From NCBI GenBank assembly GCA_039588295.1, contig JBDHAB010000002.1, positions 1 to 64,000 on the forward strand: a stretch of 64,000 nucleotides of DNA, written 5' to 3'. The stretch comes from Gemmatimonadota bacterium (GTDB lineage Bacteria; Gemmatimonadota; Gemmatimonadetes; Gemmatimonadales; GWC2-71-9). The notes below the pieces were generated by a model that searched no databases, had not been told where the DNA came from, and saw only the letters and a list, made by a program, of their open reading frames with translations. This document shows positions 58,097 to 64,000 of the stretch, one piece after another. The position numbers and the translations under genes were made by a program. How positions within the stretch are numbered: position 1 is the stretch's first letter; each line of letters begins with the position of its first letter.

Positions 58097-59509
58097 TCAC
58101 TGCTTCACGATCTCCATCAGAAACTCGGCAACACGGGGGTCCTTCGACTGGCCCAACCACATGATCGCCTGCTGCCGACGCTCAGGATCCGGGTCATTGC
58201 GGGCGATTTCCATGAGCTTGGTGACCGCCGCGGGGCCCTTCCGCATCGAGAGGATGTACATCAGCTGTCCACGCATCTCCGGGTCGTCGCTGCCGTCGTA
58301 CATCGCGATCAGGTCAGCGACCGGAACATCCTCGCCCCGCGCGACCATGAACAATGCCTGCCTCCGGATGTCCGGTGGCTCATTCGGATCGAGCGCGCGC
58401 TGGAGCACCCAGTCGCGAATGTCCGAGCGCTTGCTCATCGCGAGCACATAGATGAGTCGTTCCCGCAGCATGACCGACTCCAGCGTCGGATACAGCTCCC
58501 GCAGGAAATCCAGATTCTCAAGCGAGGGATGCTGGCCCAACGTCATGATCGCCATCTCTCGCATTTCGTCGTCCGAGCCGGGACGGCTTACGATTTCTCG
58601 CAGGAGCGCGGCGGAACGCTCGTCGCGGCGCTGGGCCAGCGCTATGAGCGCATGTCTCGCCAGCTCGGTATCCTCGGAGTTCTGGATCACCTCCTGGAGC
58701 GCCTGGAACGACCGATCGCTCTTCGACTGCGCCAGCCAGATCAGCGCCATCCCTTTCACTTCGGCATCAGGATCGTTGCGCACGACCTCGAGCAAGGTCT
58801 CTTCCATCTCCGGCGTACGCCTCCGACCCAGCATCATGACGGCCTGACGTCGAAGATCCACCGACGTCTCGTCCCGCTTCAGGAGCACTTCTCGCAGTAA
58901 CGGGAGTGCCTTCTCATTGTCCATCATCATGAGCGCGTTCAGCGCTGCCAGCCGGACTTCGTCTTCCTCACTCACTTGCGCGCGCGTACCTGCGACGATG
59001 CCGCCTTCCCGTGCGAGGCGCTTGGCGGCCTCAACATCACCACGCCGCGCGAGCTGCCCGCGGATGCGGGTCGCGAGCATCCTCGCTTCACGGAGGGTCC
59101 CCGCCGACGGATGCCGCTCTCGCTGCACCTCGAGTCGCTGCAACGCTTCCTTCAGGTGCTCGGTCGAGCTCAGGCGATACAGCGCGAACGCCTCCCAGTA
59201 ATAGGAGTCGGCCGCGTACCCCGAACGCGGATAGCGATCTCGGAGACTGCGAAAGAGATCCACCGCCTTGCGGTAGGCCCGTCGGCTCAGCGCCTGGCGT
59301 CCGGCCTTATAGAGAGAATCGGCCGGATCCTGTTGCGGCCAGGCCACCGGCGGTGCTGGTTCTGGTGACACCGATCCGGTCCCCAGAGTCCGTGAAGAAC
59401 TCCCAGCAGCCGCTTGCTGTGCTGCGAGTGGGCCGGTCGATAGCGCGACCACCACGCCCACACCTACCAGTCCGCGAGCCACGCACCGAAACGCTCTGTG
59501 ATATCGCAT
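58097..59509 (-). CDS. secreted TPR + HEAT repeat protein
   Basis: Signal peptide; ADSLY..RYP.S.YAADSYYW TPR; repeated R..A...LG HEAT units. Confidence 0.85.
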   Translation of the reverse strand: MRYHRAFRCVARGLVGVGVVVALSTGPLAAQQAAAGSSSRTLGTGSVSPEPAPPVAWPQQDPADSLYKAGRQALSRRAYRKAVDLFRSLRDRYPRSGYAADSYYWEAFALYRLSSTEHLKEALQRLEVQRERHPSAGTLREARMLATRIRGQLARRGDVEAAKRLAREGGIVAGTRAQVSEEDEVRLAALNALMMMDNEKALPLLREVLLKRDETSVDLRRQAVMMLGRRRTPEMEETLLEVVRNDPDAEVKGMALIWLAQSKSDRSFQALQEVIQNSEDTELARHALIALAQRRDERSAALLREIVSRPGSDDEMREMAIMTLGQHPSLENLDFLRELYPTLESVMLRERLIYVLAMSKRSDIRDWVLQRALDPNEPPDIRRQALFMVARGEDVPVADLIAMYDGSDDPEMRGQLMYILSMRKGPAAVTKLMEIARNDPDPERRQQAIMWLGQSKDPRVAEFLMEIVKQ

Positions 59510-60138
59510 TACAACGCTCCTTGTAGATCCGTTCCCGCGGACTCGACGGCCGTCGCCGAGTGAAGTCGGAACAGCACACTTCGTTGTTCGAGACTCTGGT
59601 CGATCAAGTCCAGCTCTTCTTTTGGCGCCGCTCCCGATACCTGCGCGATCTGCATCAGCACGAGCTCGATGTCTTCCAGGAGGGTGCGGCGTTGCCCGTC
59701 GCCGGCGATCGGGGAGTCGAGCAGAATTCGTGTCGTGGCAAGCAGGCCGTGGGCCGGCTCGGACACTTCGTCCATCGAACGTCCCGCCTGCGTGCTGGAG
59801 CGGAAGTCGGCCAAAAACAGCTCCACCTGACCGAGGTGCTGAGTCGTCGCCAACTCGAACGCCACGCCGGTCCCCTCGGAGACGGGCGCTGCACCCGACG
59901 CCACGGCCGGCTCGCCGTCGCTGCCCGTCACGCGTCCGATGCCGATTCCCAACACGAGTGCCGCGGCCACACCTGCGGCCCAGTAGATCCAGGCCGGTCG
60001 GAAGGCTCGCCGATCCGCACGTGTCTTCGTTCGAGCACCTCGGATCGCATGCCACATCTCCTCGCGTGGCACCTCGGGCGGACGATGATACTCGCGTGCC
60101 GCATCGTGCACGAACCGCTCGAACTTCTCGTCAGTCAT
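59509..60138 (-). CDS. putative membrane anti-sigma factor
   Basis: Overlaps the ECF gene stop; single TM helix AAGVAAALVLGIGIG; helical periplasmic part. Confidence 0.78.
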   Translation of the reverse strand: MTDEKFERFVHDAAREYHRPPEVPREEMWHAIRGARTKTRADRRAFRPAWIYWAAGVAAALVLGIGIGRVTGSDGEPAVASGAAPVSEGTGVAFELATTQHLGQVELFLADFRSSTQAGRSMDEVSEPAHGLLATTRILLDSPIAGDGQRRTLLEDIELVLMQIAQVSGAAPKEELDLIDQSLEQRSVLFRLHSATAVESAGTDLQGAL

Positions 60139-60677
60139 GACGCCCACTCCCCTGCAAACTCCGCGAGCGAGTCCCGCAGTCGTGCCCGGGCCCGCGATAA
60201 CTGCGCTTTCGACGTGCCGGATGGCATCCCCAGCGATGCTCCGATCTCGTCATGGGTGTATCCCTCAACGTCATGCATTAGGAACACGATCCTGTACTTG
60301 GCCGGAAGGGCATCAATCGCCCATTTGAGCCGGTCCTTCAGGTCCGGTTCGGCCCTCCGTCCCTGACTTCCCACCGTTGCCGCCTCCTCGAGCTCCACCT
60401 CACGACGCCGGAACCGTTTGATCTTGCGCAACCCGTTCAGCACGACCGTATTGGCGATCGAGAGGATCCAGGTGCCCAAGGCCGCCTCGCCACGGAACTG
60501 CTCAACCCGATCAAACGCTCGGATGAACGTGTCCTGCGTGAACTCGCGCGCGAGCTCATCTTCTCCCGTCATCCGATAGGCCAGCCGGTAGACCCGGTCT
60601 ACGTGTCGGTCATAGAGCGCTCGCTCGGCTGTCGCCTCTCCTGCCCGAACGCGCTCGATCAGTTCGCGATCGTCCAC
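60135..60677 (-). CDS. ECF RNA polymerase sigma factor
   Basis: TQDTFIRAF, TWI, HDVEGYTHDEI, GTSKAQLSRAR. Confidence 0.95.
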   Translation of the reverse strand: MDDRELIERVRAGEATAERALYDRHVDRVYRLAYRMTGEDELAREFTQDTFIRAFDRVEQFRGEAALGTWILSIANTVVLNGLRKIKRFRRREVELEEAATVGSQGRRAEPDLKDRLKWAIDALPAKYRIVFLMHDVEGYTHDEIGASLGMPSGTSKAQLSRARARLRDSLAEFAGEWAS

Positions 60678-60853
60678 CCAACCCCCGGGGCTCGTGCATC
60701 GTGGTCTGCCATAACTGACACTCCGTCGTCAAAAACGGTTGCGCTCGCGGGACAGGTGCGGCGACAGAAAACGAATTTGGAAGGCACATGGGGGGCAACC
60801 ACCGCGTCCGACCCGTGCCGCGACTGTGTCCTAATTTCTTGTAAGAATTGAAC

Positions 60854-61675
60854 TTACGTGCCCGTCATACGGGCCAGCACACCGCGAACCACCGTCTCGA
60901 GATTGGCCGCCAGCGCTCGCCCGGCTGCCAGCACTTCCTCGTGGGACAGCGGGGACTGCGACAGACCCGCCCCGGGATTGGTGATGCTGGAAATTCCGAG
61001 CACACGCAGGCCCCTGGCCCGCGCGGCGAGCACCTCGGGAACGGTCGACATGCCGACGGCATCCGCACCGAGGCGCTGCAGCATGCGGATCTCGGACGGT
61101 GTCTCGTAGTTGGGCCCCAACAATCCGGCGTACACTCCCTCCTCGAGGTGAATGCTGCGGGCCGTCGCCACCTGCCGGGTCACCTGCCGTAGCGCGCGGT
61201 CGTAGGGCTCCGACATGTCAGGGAAGCGCTGCTCTCCGTGCGCGACCGGACCCAGCAGCGGGGTCCGCCCCATGAGATTGAGGTGGTCAGCGATGAGCAT
61301 GAGAAGCGGTGGACGAAAGGTCGGTCGCAGTCCACCAGCCGCGTTGGTGACGATCAGGACCTCGACGCCAAGCTGGGCGAACACTCGAACCGGCAGTGCC
61401 ACGGTCTCGCTGGAGTGTCCCTCGTAGAGGTGGAATCGACCGCTTTGGAGGATGAGCGCGGCACCCTCCAACTCCCCCGCCACCAGCTCGCCCGCGTGGC
61501 CGTGCACCGACGGCAACGGAAATCCGGGAATCTCGTTGTAAGGGATGCGGACCGCCGCATCCACCGCGCTAGCCAACGCGCCCAACCCCGACCCCAACAC
61601 GACCGCCACCCGCGGCTCGAGTCCCGCCAGCCGATCGGATACCGACGCAGCCGCTCGTGCGACCTCACTCCCCAC
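60854..61675 (-). CDS. punA: purine-nucleoside phosphorylase
   Basis: LGSGLG, GHAG, GRFHLYEG, TNAAGG, GP.YET, AVGMSTVPE, SHEEV. Confidence 0.95.
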   Translation of the reverse strand: MGSEVARAAASVSDRLAGLEPRVAVVLGSGLGALASAVDAAVRIPYNEIPGFPLPSVHGHAGELVAGELEGAALILQSGRFHLYEGHSSETVALPVRVFAQLGVEVLIVTNAAGGLRPTFRPPLLMLIADHLNLMGRTPLLGPVAHGEQRFPDMSEPYDRALRQVTRQVATARSIHLEEGVYAGLLGPNYETPSEIRMLQRLGADAVGMSTVPEVLAARARGLRVLGISSITNPGAGLSQSPLSHEEVLAAGRALAANLETVVRGVLARMTGT

Positions 61676-61725
61676 GTTGCACTCTCTCTTATCCCTTCTC
61701 CCTTATCCCTTCATCCCTTCATCCC

Positions 61726-63108
61726 TCACACCAACATTCCGGCCAGACTCGCCGACATGAACGCCGCAAGGTTACCACCGATCATGGCGCGGAGACCCAG
61801 TCTGGAGAGGTCGCCACGGCGGACCGGGGCGATCCCACCGATGCCCCCGATCTGAATCGCAATCGACGAGAAATTCGCGAAGCCGAGCAAGGCATACGTT
61901 GCGATAATCGCTCCGCGAGGAGTCAAGCCGACTCCGCCCTCGAGTGTGCCGGCGAGTTGCAGATACGCCACGAATTCGTTGACGGCGGCTTTGACACCGA
62001 TCAGCGACCCCACGGTGCCCGCATCCGCCCATGGCACGCCCATGAGCCACGCCAGCGGCGCGAGCACCCACCCGAAGATTCGCTCGAGCGAAAGTTCCGC
62101 GACGCCCGCCAACCCGCCGGCCGCGCCGATGCCGTAGTCGATCAAGTGGATCAGCGCGATGAAGGCGAGCAGCATCGCCCCGACGTTGAGCGCGAGCTGG
62201 AGCCCTTGGGCGGCGCCGCCGGCCGCGGCATCGATGACGTTGGCCTCCGTCTTCTCGATCTGGAGCTTGACCCCGCCCTTGGTCACCGGCTCGCCGAGTT
62301 CCGGAACGAGGATCTTGGAGATGAGCAGCGCGGCCGGAGCGTTCATCACACTCGCGGTGAGGAGGTGTCCCGCGATGTCCGGGAAGTACGGCGAGAGCAT
62401 GCCCACGTAGGCGGCCATGACGCCACCCGCGATGGTCGCGAACCCGCCGACCATCACCGTGTTCAGCTCCGAGCCGGTCATGCGCTCGACGAACGGCTTG
62501 ATGAGGAGCGGCGATTCCGTCTGCCCCACGAAGATGTTACCCGCGACGGAGAGTGTTTCGGCGCCAGACGTCCCCATAGTCCGCTGCATCACCCACGCGA
62601 TCCCACGCACGATCCACTGCATGATGCCCAGGTAGTACAGCACCGACATGAGCGACGAGAAGAAGATGATGGTCGGAAGCACCAGGAACGCGAACGACGC
62701 TCCGGTATTCGCCCACAGCTCCACGGCCTCGAGCGGGGCGCTCTCCGGTGGCACCCGTGTCGCCATACCCACCGGCACGTTGTTGTAGACGAGGTTCCCG
62801 AAGATGAACGCGGCCCCGTCACGGGTGAAGCCGAGGAGCGTGATGAACACCCGGTTCGCACCCGTGAACAGCGCCTGCCCGACTCCGGTCTTCAACACCA
62901 GGAATCCGAAGGTCGCCTGGAGCGCGATCCCCATCCCAACCAACCGCCAGTTGACCTTCCTCCGGTTCGTCGAAATGAGCCACGCGATCAGGATCATCGT
63001 TCCCATGCCGACGATGCCCATCAGGCGTGCGAGGAACGGCGTATCGAGTCCCTCGCGAGCCTGCGCCAGTTGGTCGGCGGCGGTCTGCAAGACCCACAAC
63101 GCGCTCAT
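61726..63108 (-). CDS. nupC: concentrative nucleoside transporter (CNT/NupC family)
   Basis: VLPTIIFFSSL, NIFVGQTESP, GGFATIAG, NEFVAY, GFANFSSIAIQIGG. Confidence 0.93.
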   Translation of the reverse strand: MSALWVLQTAADQLAQAREGLDTPFLARLMGIVGMGTMILIAWLISTNRRKVNWRLVGMGIALQATFGFLVLKTGVGQALFTGANRVFITLLGFTRDGAAFIFGNLVYNNVPVGMATRVPPESAPLEAVELWANTGASFAFLVLPTIIFFSSLMSVLYYLGIMQWIVRGIAWVMQRTMGTSGAETLSVAGNIFVGQTESPLLIKPFVERMTGSELNTVMVGGFATIAGGVMAAYVGMLSPYFPDIAGHLLTASVMNAPAALLISKILVPELGEPVTKGGVKLQIEKTEANVIDAAAGGAAQGLQLALNVGAMLLAFIALIHLIDYGIGAAGGLAGVAELSLERIFGWVLAPLAWLMGVPWADAGTVGSLIGVKAAVNEFVAYLQLAGTLEGGVGLTPRGAIIATYALLGFANFSSIAIQIGGIGGIAPVRRGDLSRLGLRAMIGGNLAAFMSASLAGMLV

Positions 63109-64000
63109 GCGGCCTCCTTCAACTCACGCTCGATCCGCGCGACGAGTGCAGCCTTCTCGTTCTCAGGCAGGAACGCGCTCCGGAACGCGTTGAGGATTAC
63201 GCGTTCGAGCTCCGAGCGGCTGAGTCCGAGCTTACGGTGGGCCACCCAGTATTCCTCGCTCAGCGTCGTCCGATCCATCAGTCGGCTGTCCGTATTGAGT
63301 GTCACGATCCCACCCCGATCCAGATACCGCCGCGCGGGATGCTCGCCGACGTTCACCACGGTGTGGGTATGCACGTTGGACGTGAGACAGATCTCGAGCG
63401 GGATACCGGTCTCGATCACCTCTGCTTCGAGCTCGGGGTCCTCGAACAGCCTCGTCCCATGGCCGATCCGTTGCGCGCCGCAGATGTGCAATGCCTGGCG
63501 GATCGACTCCGGCCCATCGCCTTCTCCCGCGTGGCACGTACACGAGAGCCCGTGACCGCGCGCGTGCTCGAACGCCTTGGCGTGATCCACGGCGGGATGC
63601 CCACGCTCGGCCCCCGCCAGGTCGAACGCCACCACCCCGTCCTCCGCATAGTCGAGCGCCAACCGTGCCAGGTCGTGCGACACCGACGGCGGCAATGTCC
63701 GCAGCGCCGCGATGATTACCCGGACCATCGTCCCCGTTTCCGCCTCGGCGCGTCGAAATCCGGCGAGTGGCGCTTCCACCGCCTGGGCCAACGACAGCGC
63801 CGGCGTGTGCAGTGCCGGGCAGTAGCGGACCTCGACGTAGCGAATGTTGTCGGCGGCGGCGTCCACCACGAACTCGTACGCGATCCGTTCCATTGCCTGC
63901 GGGGTTTGCATCACCGAAATCGTGAACTTGTAGCGCTCGAGGTACTCCTCCAGGCTCTGTGCATTGCGCACGAACACCGCTTCCGCCAGACGCTCCGGCT
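63105..64000 (-). CDS. add: adenosine deaminase (5' end outside window)
   Basis: YVEVRY.P, FDLAG.E, HAGE, RIGHG, E.C.TSN, LNTD. Confidence 0.93.
   Translation of the reverse strand, partial: PERLAEAVFVRNAQSLEEYLERYKFTISVMQTPQAMERIAYEFVVDAAADNIRYVEVRYCPALHTPALSLAQAVEAPLAGFRRAEAETGTMVRVIIAALRTLPPSVSHDLARLALDYAEDGVVAFDLAGAERGHPAVDHAKAFEHARGHGLSCTCHAGEGDGPESIRQALHICGAQRIGHGTRLFEDPELEAEVIETGIPLEICLTSNVHTHTVVNVGEHPARRYLDRGGIVTLNTDSRLMDRTTLSEEYWVAHRKLGLSRSELERVILNAFRSAFLPENEKAALVARIERELKEAA

Noticed and set aside
61657..63555. 632-aa plus-strand ORF, and other long R/P/A-rich ORFs such as 40927..42300, 49024..50214 and 54252..55505
   Set aside because: Antisense shadows of well-supported genes, expected at high GC

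Overview
High-GC bacterial chromosomal segment, most likely Gemmatimonadota (inferred from the Ser/Thr kinase families, ECF sigma/anti-sigma/DUF4097 and HEAT-repeat operons, and gene order). It is mostly ordinary gene-dense backbone: peptidases, PLP enzymes, an ABC exporter, hsp20, holB-moaC-SLT, ffh-rpsP-rimM-trmD-rplS-rnhB, pilD, thiD and add-nupC-punA. Features worth a second look: (1) an FmdB-type zinc-ribbon gene whose TGA is followed by an fdhF-like SECIS hairpin (probable selenoprotein); (2) a sigma54-promoted operon of two paralogous lipoproteins, a pseudo-receiver enhancer-binding protein and a TPR protein, with no kinase; (3) a 4.9-kb integrase-less island at tRNA-Lys(UUU), bounded by a duplicated tRNA 3' half and carrying only two Ser/Thr kinases; (4) an arsenosugar/rSAM-selenodomain-type transferase cluster lacking its radical SAM gene, headed by a large cryptic GNAT-like protein; (5) a frameshifted histone-H1-like/SWIB gene with a 55-bp-periodic upstream motif array; (6) decayed cardiolipin-synthase and kinase fragments at the left end; (7) several sigma54- and ECF-type promoter motifs. 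No CRISPR array, rRNA, transposase or integrase was seen. All calls are by eye from sequence motifs, no searches were run, and some start codons are best guesses.
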